The position numbers and the translations under genes are program-made. Of a stretch of DNA of 64,000 bases, positions 51,650-63,260 are shown piece after piece. Each line of letters begins with the position of its first letter. Position 1 is the stretch's first letter. Origin of the DNA: Isurus oxyrinchus. Taxonomy: Eukaryota. The notes beneath the pieces were generated by a model, which worked only from the letters and a program-made list of their open reading frames with translations, was not told where the DNA came from and made no database searches. The stretch lies in the NCBI GenBank assembly GCA_026770705.1, contig JANJGN010000075.1:2418001-2482000 (forward strand), read 5' to 3'.

Positions 51650-51999
51650 CTAAATAAAACCAAAACATGTTAAAAATAACATTGATGTGTAAGTGCTGAC
51701 AACATTTGTCCCTTTTAGGGAAGAGTTTGATGTCTATGGTAGGTCTGTTTTCTCGAGGATGCTTCATTAAGTAACCCTCGCTGCCAACGGATGGGGGCAA
51801 CTAATCTTCAACCAGCACAAAGAGGCCTTAGATAGCTCGTGATGGAGCGAACACACTTCCAAAATTGGTCTTTCAGCCCCATGTTCTTCTCAATCCAGGA
51901 AATAGATCCTGCAGGTTTTTCCCCGGGAATGAGTAGCAGATTGACTCTGAGTGGCTCTCTATGCTTACCAGCATCACAAATTCAATATGATGTGGCAAG

Positions 52000-52290
52000 G
52001 TGTTACAGGCTCAACGCACAGGGGAGACCACTTAAGACTGAGCAAAGGAGAAACTTCTTCACTCAGTGCGTTGAAGCTCTGAAATGCTCTCCCACAGATG
52101 GCTGTGAAGGACAAATTACTAAATATATTTAAGAAGGAAATAGAATTATAGAATCTAAAAGTGTCAAGTGTTATGGAGCGAAAGAGAGAGTATGGAGTTG
52201 AGATAAGTAATCAGCCTTGATCAAATTGAATGGTGGAGTAGGTTTTAAGAGCCGAATGATCTACGTCTGCTCCTATATTCTAGGTTTCTT
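52000..52290 (+). mobile_element. CR1 3' end (intronic)
   Basis: GRPLKTEQRRNFFTQ motif and gccgaatgatctacgtctgctcct tail. Confidence 0.8.
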
Positions 52291-53333
52291 TGCTTCAAGT
52301 CAGTCAGTTTAAACCTCACTTATGCCTCATATTTCACCCAGCCTCCTCTTAAAAACTTCTAAATGTTTCGGGTCGACCACTCCCAGGGCGTGTTCCATAA
52401 TCCCAGCATATCTGGGTAAACATTCCCAGTTGAAGTCCAACGCCCGGGTTTCCGGACGAAAAACAAAGCTGGCATAACAGTGCAGCACTGAGGGGGCGCT
52501 GCACTGCTGCGTCGATCTGCAAAGAAAGGCTCCATCTGCTACCTTGGATGATGAAAATGATCCCGGGGGACCTTAGAATGGGAGTTCTCCGAGTTGTGGA
52601 GATTGATGGAAGCATGTGACTGCTGCTGCAGTCCGTAAATTAAGTTTGGTGTTTCTAATGATTAACCTCTCTGGAAAATCAGATCCATAACAATTGCAAA
52701 GCGCTTTGGAGGCGTCCATTGGTTGTGTAAATTATTTCATGAATGCAAGTCTTTCGTCTTTTTCTTTCAGATTATTACATTCATATCACACTATTGCTTC
52801 ACGAGGGAGCTACCGTGTTCATCGCCTCTGATTTTTCTATCTCCCACAACTAGAAATATGATTGTGTTTCAAAGAACTCGATTAGCCAATCCCTCAGCCT
52901 CCCATTTTCATTAGCAATGAGGCCCAGCGATTCTAAACCCCTGCTGAATGTTAGACATTTTTCGATCATCCTGGTAAATATTTTAGACTCACTCAAGTGT
53001 CTCTGTACATGTGTTTTTATCCTACGCCGATCAGCATTGTTTTCGGTACTAGTTTTGCCGCACATTCCACTTAACCTTTTGACTTTTCAATTCTATCCCT
53101 TCCGAAATCACCTGCTTGGAGCGTGAAAGGAGAGTTAACTTTCGTCGCTTCATTTAGCAATTTGTATAACTGCAATTCCTGATACACTTCCTACTCTGCA
53201 ACTTTTAAGCTTTCATTTTCAATGTTTTCTGCAAACTGCTCAACATTCCCTGCCGGTTATTATTCATGACGCGCTGACAAATTTTTGAGCACAAAAGACA
53301 ATTCTGATTGTGGGAATTTCAATCTGAACTCAC

Positions 53334-53377
53334 ATGTCAGGTGTTCGTTGTTTTGCTCTCCAGAGGGCACCGCGTTC
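53334..53377 (-). CDS. Receptor gene B cytoplasmic exon 2 (first part of ITIM)
   Basis: cttttctattgtttgaag|G AAC GCG...CTG ACA T|gtgagt; 44 nt, phase 2/1; (R)NAVPSGEQNNEHLT. Confidence 0.8.
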
Positions 53378-54216
53378 CTTCAAACAATAGAAAAGATCAG
53401 GTAGTCACTTAATCTGATATGATCCGTGTCATTAAACACATGAGGCAGGCATTGAATAGACAGGAGGCGGGATTCCCATGTTTAGTGTAAAAGCTTTCCT
53501 GTTTGCGTGACCAGGAGCATGTTTCTATTAAACTGTTTCAAACCCAGATTATTACAGAGAACAAAGACAGAATTTATGAAGGGAATGAAACGCGCGCACA
53601 TGTTTGAAAGTAAGGCTGCGCGCAAAGGGTGAAAGAGCACGCGCACGAATCGGCCTCAAATGGCGGTAGAGGCCGAATCTTTGAATGATCTTAAGGTAGG
53701 GAGAGAGAGATACCTGAATAGCAAGCGGATGAAAGGTTGCTCGCCTTGGACGCACATGTGGGTTTCAGTTTCCAATTGGATCATCCATTACCGTACTGAA
53801 TGGCGGAGTCGTTTCGAGGGGCAGCGTGGCCTACTCCTGTTCTTAATTCGGATCCCTAATTACCCTTGGGGGCTTAAGAACAAGGGAAGGAGATTCAGCC
53901 CTCGAACCTGCTCCGCCATTCCATAAGAACATGGCTCACCTGATTGGGGTTTCAACTCCACTTTCCTGTCTGCCCACATGCCCCTCGACACAATTGCCTA
54001 TGAACAAGACAAACTCCATTTGTCAGCCTTGAGCATATTCAGCATCCACTGCTCTCTGGGTGAGAGGGTTCCACAGAAAAAAAAACACCCTCCGAGAGAA
54101 AAAACTGGAGTTGTTTCACAATCAGTGATTCAATGGCAGAAATATTTGAAAGGGTTAATTATATTCCTCCGCTTCTGCATTAATTCAACAACACAGTAGA
54201 GAAAGCAGGCGCAGGT

Positions 54217-54288
54217 AGGGCTGTAGCTTGGTGGTGGAGCTCTCGTTTCGCGTGTAGGAGGCCCCAGTCTCGATGTCCAGCATCTCAA
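54217..54288 (+). pseudogene. tRNA-Ala(CGC)-like pseudogene, full length but heavily mutated
   Basis: agggctgtagcttggtggtggagctctcgtttcgcgtgtaggaggccccagtctcgatgtccagcatctcaa (72 nt) aligns by eye to tRNA-Ala; stems are broken. Confidence 0.6.
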
Positions 54289-54505
54289 GGCTGCAGGATT
54301 TAAAAGGACATTATATATATATTAAACGCGCAGAGCACGCCAACAAAGCCACGGGAATGAAGATTAGAGTGCAGGTGTGAAGTGGAGACCTCGTGTTTAA
54401 ATGAAAAATACACAATGCTTTCCTAGAATAGAAATTGCCTAAATAATGGCTTCTGATCATTATGTTGGTCACATGTCATTGAAATGCAACACCTTATGGT
54501 CTCAC

Positions 54506-54533
54506 CTGGATTCCATATTGCTTTTCTTCTTCC
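54506..54533 (-). CDS. Receptor gene B cytoplasmic exon 1 (basic stop-transfer)
   Basis: atgtttccttctcag|GG AAG AAG AAA AGC AAT ATG GAA TCC AG|gtgaga; 28 nt, phase 1/2; (G)KKKSNMES. Confidence 0.82.
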
Positions 54534-55724
54534 CTGAGAAGGAAACATAAGGATTAGAAGTCCGGAACAGAATAGAAGTTTGAGTGCTCATGGGTGGAGT
54601 TGTCCAGCCAGGTAAGGATTGGTAACAAGCCACTCTAACGTTCAGATCAGATTAGTCTGGTACATTGGTTGAAGGAAAGCTTGTTTGCGAGTCTTTCAAC
54701 ATCAAGGTTAGGGAGCATTTCTTAAGGGAAAATGCCCATTGAGCAGTTTGTGTGTCTCAGAAAGGGGGGATGCCGAGGAGCGGGGGCAGGGTGGGTGGGG
54801 GGATGTGGGGGTGGCAGGGGGCGATATCAAAGCAAATGTACCATTAGTTTGCAGAGGGTTACCCAAGGGTAGAATGGCAGTGGGCTAGGAAGTACAGTGC
54901 AGAATGGAGAAATGGATTGTCACTGACATTCAAAAGTCAGAATCGTCCAGATAAGGAAGGCCGCTGAACGCAGCCTCACTCATCCCCCCATCCCCCCCAC
55001 CCCTCCCCTCCCCATGACTGTGCCCCAATCCCATTGCAAATTCCATACGTTTTGTCAATAATTCCAAGACGTTCCTCTCCAGGACATAACCTGTTGTAAT
55101 TCCTTTTAGCCCCATTAGTGATTGAAAAACTTCCTTATATCTGACCCAGTTTACATTACAGCAGCTGGAGTCTGCTTACATTTGTCTAATCCTGATTTCC
55201 TGCCATGTTCCAGATTCCATTCCATCGTTTCTCTGAACAACCTCTATAAAATCACGACACTGAGCTCTCCCTCCATTCTTCTCAACCTAAGAGTTTTGCT
55301 GTAGATATTTGAATTTGTTGGATTTTTGAATGCGATACTGCTTATTCCATCCCCAGCCTAGGAACAATTCTACCAGGTGATATGTCCTGGACAGCTGCCC
55401 AAACGCAGCAGTGCGGCTGAGGACCGCATCATGAACCAGCCATCTGTTCAGCTCTTGTGAAATCAATGACGCCGGTATTGGATGGAGCTTCTGACAGGTG
55501 GTTGATGTGATATTCCCGGTCTTGCTATTCCACCCAAGGGTAATTTCCACCCATGAGTTTGCAATTGACTATTTCACCCTTCATACAGGGATCACCCTAC
55601 ATTTAATGTTGAAGTTTAGGCCGTTGGTGTTTTAGGGATTTAGTTCATACTGACCACACATTGTCTACATTTATCTTCATCGGTTCATTTGTAATCACTG
55701 GTTGTTACACGTGGTCTGACCTAC

Positions 55725-55817
55725 CTTTTATCCAGAGGCAGACACCCAAGAGAGCAAGGAGAAGAATCAGACCCAAAGCAGAACCAACACCAGCAGCCAG
55801 AGCAACAGGATTATTTT
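55725..55817 (-). CDS. Receptor gene B transmembrane exon
   Basis: ttccccctttacgtcattcag|...ATA AAA G|gtaggt; 93 nt, phase 1/1; (E)NNPVALAAGVGSALGLILLLALLGVCLWIK with no charged residue in the helix. Confidence 0.88.
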
Positions 55818-56175
55818 CTGAATGACGTAAAGGGGGAAGAGTAGTACAGTGTTAATTAACATCTTCTACAACCAAGGCAATAATCTGCAGCTTAATCAGC
55901 ACAACAGTTGGGGCACGAGTGCCATAGAAAACAGAGGGTCAGAGACAGAGAGAGATACAAACACAGAGTAAGAAAATTATCCAGCAGAGAAGACCATTCG
56001 GCCCATCGCGCATGCGCCGAACCCTTGAAAGACATGGTCAATTAATCCACGGTCTTATCCCATTCGTTCTTTCCTCTTAGCCCTGCAAATTTTATTTTAA
56101 CATGTATTCTCAGTTCAGGTTTTAAAACTGTTGAATTGCACTCTGTCGTGTTTCAGATCACAAAAAAAAAATTAC

Positions 56176-57260
56176 TTAAAGTATAACCTCCACGCAGGTT
56201 GTTTTGCCAATTCACTTTAATCTGAGCTCCCTGGTTCGAATCACTCACCGGCAGTGCACGGAGATCCGGCCTGTTTAGCTAAACAAATTACATCAGCATT
56301 TCGAACCGTTCTCTTAAATTACCAGTTAACATTCTTTCCGGGTCAGAAGATGCAGCACTTTCCTCACTTCCGATCCGTTTTGTGAAGTGTTTTTCTTTAG
56401 GCTTTACATTACTTGGATAGCTTGACCTAAATATCCAAGTGGTTATGGTACTGGGTTTGTAACCCCCAAGATCAAGAGTTCAAATCTCACAATGGCAAAA
56501 CTATGAAACAATATAACTTCATCTGAAACAGATGGAAACGGGTTTGTATTCGAAAGAGTTACATTACATGGATAACTGTTGCAGCCTTTGGTATTCACAG
56601 CCTGAATTCAATCCCATGTATCGATGGCGCACATGAAAACACTGCTTTAAACAAAAAAAGCCAAACAGCGATGAAATTGGCAAGGCTCTGGCAGGCGGGT
56701 GGTGTGTTAATACCCCTGCTGGAATGACCCAGTAGAATGCTCAAATGCAATTGGTCGGCTTCTAACTTGCGCTATTGTATCCTCAAATGTTTCCTTGGAT
56801 ACTAGCCGATTATCTACTGCCAGGCAATTATTGTATTAATCCAGGCTAATGGGAAGAAGTGTGATTTCACTGGGTCAATACTGCACACGGGAGAAGAGAA
56901 CGGGCTGCTCTCATTTGGAAGCCAGTTTGAACTGTTAAGTGCGCTCCTTCGTCTAATCAGGTAAAGGGCACAGGTTGAAATTGAAACTGTAACATCTTTT
57001 ACTACTGTCGGATGGATATGTAAACTACGAATCTGCCTAAAGAAAAACACTTCGCAAAATAGATCGGAAGCGTGGAAAGTGTTGCATTTACTGACCTGGT
57101 ATGAATGTTAATTGGTAGTTTAATTGAACATTTCGAATTGCTGATGTAACTTCATTAGCTAAACAGGCCGAAGCTCCATACACGGGAGGGACAGATTCAA
57201 GCCAGGCATCACAGGTTAAAGATAATTGGCAAGATTACCAGAGGGGAGGTTATTCTTTAC
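56176..57260. repeat. Intronic inverted repeat (about 225-bp arms)
   Basis: 56176-56402 matches the reverse complement of 57035-57260 (ggcctgtttagctaa...ttacatcagca...cttccgatc...gaagtgtttttctttaggc). Confidence 0.8.
56420..56558 (+). mobile_element. Solo copy of the tRNA-Thr-like SINE with 16-bp TSD
   Basis: Nearly identical to the array units at 14.2-15.1 kb; flanked by ttacattacttggata (56404-56419) and ttacattacatggata (56559-56574). Confidence 0.9.
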
Positions 57261-57759
57261 GTAAACAGCACACAGTATTACAGTGATGTGCATAGGGTCA
57301 CTCAGAGCCGAGGATAGATTTCCTCCGTTAATCAGTGCATCAAACCGACAGTTATAAATTCCTATCTCAGAGTGATCGACATTCTTGATAATCTTTTAAA
57401 TGAAAACCAAATCAACAAAATTGGGATAAATCAGGCAAGTCGACATTCTTGATGGTGAAGGTGACAGAATTGATCCCTGAAGCAGGAGACTTGAACCCAT
57501 CGTGATTCGCATCACCTTATCTGTGTAGGTAAAACGTGATGGTAGGATTGCCCCGGGATTTGTACAGTGAAATGTAACATTCCTGCCCTGAACAACTGCA
57601 CTAGATCCACGGATATGTATGTTTCAGGAAGACCTGGTATTAGCATCGAATATGTAGGAACGATTGATTCAAAATTCAATTCTGACTTTTGCCAAAAATG
57701 AATATTACCAAAAAATAACTAAGGCTAAAATTTCATGAAACGCTGCTTAGTCCTTATAT

Positions 57760-58525
57760 CAAAACAGAACATGGAGCAAAGACTCAAGAGTTCAGGCAGG
57801 ATGTGTGGCCGGAAAACAGGCCTCACGTTTCCAGTCCAGAGGACTCTTCTTCAGACCTAAAGGTAATTAGAAATGTGATGGATTAAATAGTGAAAGAGGG
57901 TGGAGCAGGTGGAACAAAATTGATGGTCATGTGGAGTTGGGAGCTCAGTTGAAATTTGAGAAGGATGTCATCGACACAAGACAAATGGAATGGTACTGAA
58001 AGTGTGAAAGACGAAAGAAGATGCTAATAATTGCATAAAGATATGGTAAGAATGTGTTAATTGAGCACTTTTAAGCCTTTTGGACTTAACGTCGATTTCA
58101 ACAACCTCAGTCATGAACTGTCTCCTGCATCTTCATATGTTTCCGGTACCTTCTCCCTGCCAGGCCCATCTGTAACCTGTTTTGCTGTCAGTGATAACCT
58201 TAGTCCTGACATTGACACATTCTGCGACCTTAACTTTCAGCCGCTATTACCATCTTCTTTGGCCTTCAACGCTACCACTAACACTCAATTGTCTTTTCTT
58301 CCTGCCACACTTGTCAATCTTCCTTGAGTGTCCACTTATCCCTGTCCTGCTGCTCTACTCCAGCTTCTCCACACCCCTCCCCAACTCTGAAGAAAAGTCA
58401 TAGAGAATCGAAACGTTAACTCTTGATTCTAACTCAGCAGACGCTGCCAGATCTGCTGAGCCCTCCAGCATTTTCTGTTTTTATTTCAGATTTTCAATAT
58501 CCGCTGAATTTTGCTGTTATTTTAC
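57760..58525. mobile_element. Penelope-like remnant with inverted terminal repeats and hammerhead-like cores
   Basis: CTGAAGA...GAAACGT on minus (57823-57855) and on plus (58387-58420), followed by gctgccagatctgctgag...cagcattttctgtttt. Confidence 0.65.
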
Positions 58526-59442
58526 TGGATAGCCCTCACGTCGAATGCTGTGCCCAATTAGGGGCGTCACAATTTGGGAGGGATAGCGAAGCCCTGTCAA
58601 GCAGGCAGGGGCAATTTTCTGGAAAGCTTTGAGAGAGGAGGGAGTTCGGCGTGGAGAGAGACTGCGAAGCTGGGAAATTTCTCGCAGTTCAGCGATTGTT
58701 AAGCGCGATTTTCATCGAGCTTTGCAAAGTTACTAAAGACTTCTGGATTATGGAGCTCAAGTCCGAGACTATAAGCATCTACCCACGACAGTGCAGCACT
58801 CCCACAGTAAAGGCAGCGGGTGGAGTGTCCGGCTGCATTTGAGGAACTCATGAACTGGTGAAATTTGACTCCAGTGCCTTATAATTCAGGCGATAGTGCT
58901 GCAAAAATAGTTTTTTTTCTAATGTTGAGACAGACCAATACATCTAACATTAGAATATATGGAAATAAAGCCAATTCGTGAGAATGAACCAGCACCGACG
59001 TGTAACTCTGCGTTGGTGCTGTGGCCTTGAACACCGAAGCGAATTTCTCACTGATATAACTCACAAAAAAGCCACTGTTTATTTTAACGGAACACAAAAT
59101 TTCCGACTGGGCCTAATTCAATGCCAATTAAGACGGTGACATTTCCAACCACTGGACACTGGCGTCCCCCAGTGACAGAACATTTCAGCTGCCGACTGTC
59201 TCCTCACATCACACACCTGCCTTCCTCTCATACCCACACCAGCCCCTGCAATCACAGCACATGTGCAGCGGGTGAATTCAGCCCCCAACGGAAAAATATG
59301 TGGAATGAGATCGCTGATCATTTGGACTCCATCTCCGCTTTCTTGAAACGATTCATATTGTTCCAGTGAATGAAGCGTTGTTTACTTGAGAATACCAACA
59401 CCATAAATAGGAATGTTTAAATATCTGTACTCTGTCACTCAC

Positions 59443-59736
59443 CTTCTATGGTCACCGTGACAGCCTGGCTCTGTTTAGAATCGAACTGCCTGCTCTGGAC
59501 GGTAACACTATATTGACATCGGTATTGTCCGCTGTGGCTTAGACCGCTATTCGGGAATGTGAACGTTTTGGAAGTTCTGCTGGTTGTATTAAAGGGCAGC
59601 TGTTGATGTCCTTTATAAAAATGAAACATTTTCTCTCGATTATCTCCAGTCACGGTGCAGGTCATGTTGATCGTCTCTCCTGCTGCATACACACCCGTGG
59701 TCTGATCAAGATATATCACTGGGGTTTTTAGCGGAT
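59443..59736 (-). CDS. Receptor gene B membrane-proximal C2-type Ig exon
   Basis: tcactttaccacag| to GAAG|gtgagt; 294 nt, phase 1/1, open. (D)PLKTPVIYLDQTTGVYAAGETINMTCTVTGDNREKMFHFYKG...HSGQYRCQYSVTVQSRQFDSKQSQAVTVTIE. Confidence 0.92.
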
Positions 59737-60314
59737 CTGTGGTAAAGTGAATGAAAGGATCTTTGAGATATGGATCAGAGCCTTTCCGTGGACAGCAGCA
59801 CATTATAAGTACAATAATTGATCTGTGTCGAAGCACCGTGTTTACAAGTGTTTGAGACTTTACAAATGTGGAGGTCAGCATGTGATGATTCAGGAAGGAG
59901 GATAAGTAAACCCATTTCCAAACGCCAATCCGGAAATCGGGCCTTCCCTAACAGCTCCGCAGCTGACAAAGTGCGACTGAAGTGTATTCAACATGGTAAT
60001 TGAGGAATCGCACCAGCTGATTTGGGCACAGCAAGATGCCATTGACGGACATCAATTAATGGCGGCACACTCAGTGATTTCTCCCTCGGTGATGTTGTTT
60101 AAACGATGTTTTTTGGCCAGTGGATACCGAAGAGATGTTGCCACTGATCTGATTCACGAAAATGCAGCTACTTATTTTAAAGCAACACGAAACTGCTGAC
60201 TGGGCGCTCATTTGAATGCCCCATTAGAATTAGGTGAGATCAGTGAGTCCCTTAGCATTGGAACCGGGTGAGATCCAGCCTTCATTATGGATGTCAAATC
60301 GTTGAGTATATAAA

Positions 60315-60620
60315 TCTACCTCCGACAGTGCAGCACTCTCTCAGGACAGACACCGGGCGAGTGTCGGCATGGATTATGGAGCTCAAGTGCTAGATTGTTT
60401 ACATCTACCTCCGGCAAAGCAACTTTCCCTCAGCACTGGTACCGGGGGTGTATCGGTCTGGATTATGAAGCTCAAGCCCTAGAGTGTACCGCCGACAGAG
60501 CTGCATTCCTTCAGTTCTGGCACTGTCTGGATCAGACTTCCGGGATATGGAGCTCCACAAGGAGTTAGGATTGATCACGCAACCTTCTGACTTTGTGTAG
60601 CGTGCTACAGATTTGCTGAG
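60315..60620 (+). repeat. Deu-domain SINE-derived tandem repeats
   Basis: Repeated ccgacagtgcagcact...cagtactggcaccggg...ggattatggagctcaag; related blocks at 58740-58875 and 62350-62720. Confidence 0.6.
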
Positions 60621-60729
60621 GTCGTGAATGACGATAGTACAGCACAAGCTGAGGTAATTTCAGCAGCGGATATTTAAGAAAACTGCCACCTCTAATTTCA
60701 CAACAATTTACTCAACACATTGACTTGCG

Positions 60730-60912
60730 AATATATTGGCGTTCCTTCACTGTCGCTGGGGCAAAATCCTGGAACAGCTCTGTGGGTGTATTCACACCAC
60801 ATGGCCTGCAGCTGTTCAAGAAAGCATCTCACCACAACTTTCTCAAGGACAAAGAGGGATGGGTAATACTTGTTGCCACAGCCAGGGAGGCCCACATCCC
60901 ATGAATGAATTT
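60730..60912 (+). mobile_element. 3' end of the second LINE family
   Basis: gttccttcactgtcgctgggg...gcccacatcccatgaatgaa; reverse complement of the 45480-45670 sequence. Confidence 0.75.
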
Positions 60913-61404
60913 AACTGTAAATGAAACCCTAACAGTGAAAGGTTTGAACGGTGCATCCAGTCCCAGGGAATGTCGGATTTGGGATGTGGTTTCCCTATTG
61001 TTTGACCGCCTCAATGGTCATGTTTGGACAGTAAGGCCCACTATGATTTCAGAAAGAGCACAAGCCAATCGCAAGGTGGACGGTAACGTCACTCAACATG
61101 GACACTCCATCACGCTGTGGCAGGATCCTTCAGCTGCTCACTGTCCACCCACACCCCGCATGACCCTACTTCTGCTGCTCTGCCCTTCCCGTCTCAACAC
61201 TTGCAGTGGTAGTTGATGCCCAGTTGGTGTATTCGGGACACATTCTTACAGGGGAAGTGGCAGGACTTGAGCAATATAGTCAATAGTTTTCGCATACACT
61301 CCTCTCCCCGAACACTGTTTCATTTTGATGCAGGGATCTGAAATTGTGAATATGCCAACCCTGGTGAATAGACATATTAATAATCTCTGTTCTCTGTCAC
61401 TCAC

Positions 61405-61698
61405 CTGTGGCAGTCACAGTCACAGCCTCACTCTTTGAGGATGTTAGTTGCCGACCTCTGATTGACATTCCGAATAGGCATTGGTATCGCCCGTTGATAC
61501 TTCTACCATTAACCCGGAATGTTCCAGTATTGTCATGTGTGTCAATTTGCCATGAGTGCAGCTGTGCATCAAATCTGTAAAAGTAGAAGGTTTTCTCCCG
61601 AACATCCCCAGTCACAGTGCAGGTCATGGTGATCATCTCCCCTACAACATACACCCCTGTCGACTGATCAAGTGTTAACTTTGGTTTTCTTAGCGGCT
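61405..61698 (-). CDS. Receptor gene B C2-type Ig exon (middle)
   Basis: ttttttatatcacag| to ACAG|gtgagt; 294 nt, phase 1/1, open. (E)PLRKPKLTLDQSTGVYVVGEMITMTCTVTGDVREKTFYFYR...INGRYQCLFGMSIRGRQLTSSKSEAVTVTAT. Confidence 0.92.
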
Positions 61699-61964
61699 CT
61701 GTGATATAAAAAAAACAATAAAAAGTCAATTATAAAAGAATCGCACGAATGTAATGTACAGTAACTAGTTGTCCCACAAATTCAATTGACCCACGCCGAG
61801 GGAGACTGTGTTCATCAGTGAATGCGTTTGAGAAAGGTTGAGTTGCGGAATTGATTAAATTTAACAAATAAATAATAAATTTCAAAGCGCATTTCAGAAT
61901 TTTTTTCTCTTTCAATGTTGCAACAGACTTTCAGGCGCTCTTTGATATATCTAAATCTGACTGT

Positions 61965-62155
61965 TGATGTGTGTGTGCGTGTCTGTGCTTGGATGGGTTT
62001 GAGACTATTTGTTTGAGATTCTTTGAGGAAGTGTGTGCGTGTGTGCACATGTTTGTGTCCCTTTCTGTGTGTAGTGTATGTGTGCATGCTTGTGTGGGCT
62101 TGTGCGTGCGTGTTCATGTGCTCGTGCATTTCATGTGCGCGTGTGCCTCCGTGTA
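61965..62155. repeat. Degenerate (TG)n repeat in the duplicated intron unit
   Basis: tgtgtgcgt runs; paralog at about 63810-63915. Confidence 0.85.
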
Positions 62156-63260
62156 CCATATGGGCTTCAAATGGTCAGCAGTAAAGGCAAGTGGGACCGC
62201 GTAAGGACACCTGAGAGGCGGGACTCTAGACTTTTTATCATTGGCTCATCTGAAATCCTTTACGTCAATTATTACAACTCTCCCACTTTACTCAATCTAT
62301 CAGGGAGCTTGGACACTGGTCTTAACGTCCGATAGGGCATCCATCAAGTTCCTACTGTTCAGCACTCACTCAGCAGTGGGTCTGGATTATGGAGTTTAAG
62401 TCCTGGAGTATATACACCTACCACCGACTGTGCAGCGCTCCGTCTGCACCGGCACCGGGGACATGGTCAGCCCTGATTATGGGAGCACAAGTGCAAGGGT
62501 ATGAACATCTACCTATGACAGTGGAGCAAGCCTTCAGTACTGGCACCGGGTGTGGTGTGGGTCTCTATTATAGAGCTCAAGTCGAAGGTAATACGCACCT
62601 ATATCCGACAATGCTGCACCTCCTCAGTACTGGCACCAGGGGGAGCGTGGTCCTGGATGATTGATTGCCAGTCTGAAGTGGAGTTTGATCACACAGGCTT
62701 CTGACTTTGGCTAGCGTGCTATATTCTTGGTGAGGAAGGAATGAAGATTTTCCATGACAAAACAGGTAACGTCGGCATCAGTACGGAGAATTAAAGGCAA
62801 ACGGTGAAAGGATTGGAAGGTACATCATGACACACCGCATATGGTTTTGTGATGTGGTTTTTCTATTGCTTGGACGCCTCAATAGCCGTGTTTGGACCAT
62901 TGAGCCTGGTATAATATCAGGAAGGGCATCAACCAACACTGAGGTAGGCCGTGACGTCACACAGCAATAGACGCTCCCTCCCCCATTGGCAGAATCCTTC
63001 AGCTGCTGACTATGCCCTCACATCCTCCTCCTGCTTTCTTCCCACCTCAACACTTACAGTGTTAGTTGATGCCCAGCGGGTGAATTCAGGACCCGTTCTT
63101 TCAGGGAACTAATCAGGACTTGAGCAATGAAGTCAATGGTTTTCGCATGTGGTCTTCTCCCTGAAAACTGTACATTTTATTTTGATGCAGTGTTCTGAAT
63201 TTGTGAATATGCTAATTCTACTGAATAGAGATGTTAACAGTCTCTATTCCTGTCACTCAC

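Noticed and set aside
52478-52508. Isolated CTCF-like hairpin cagtgcagcactgagggggcgctgcactg
   Set aside because: Better explained as the reverse-strand Deu-SINE core palindrome.
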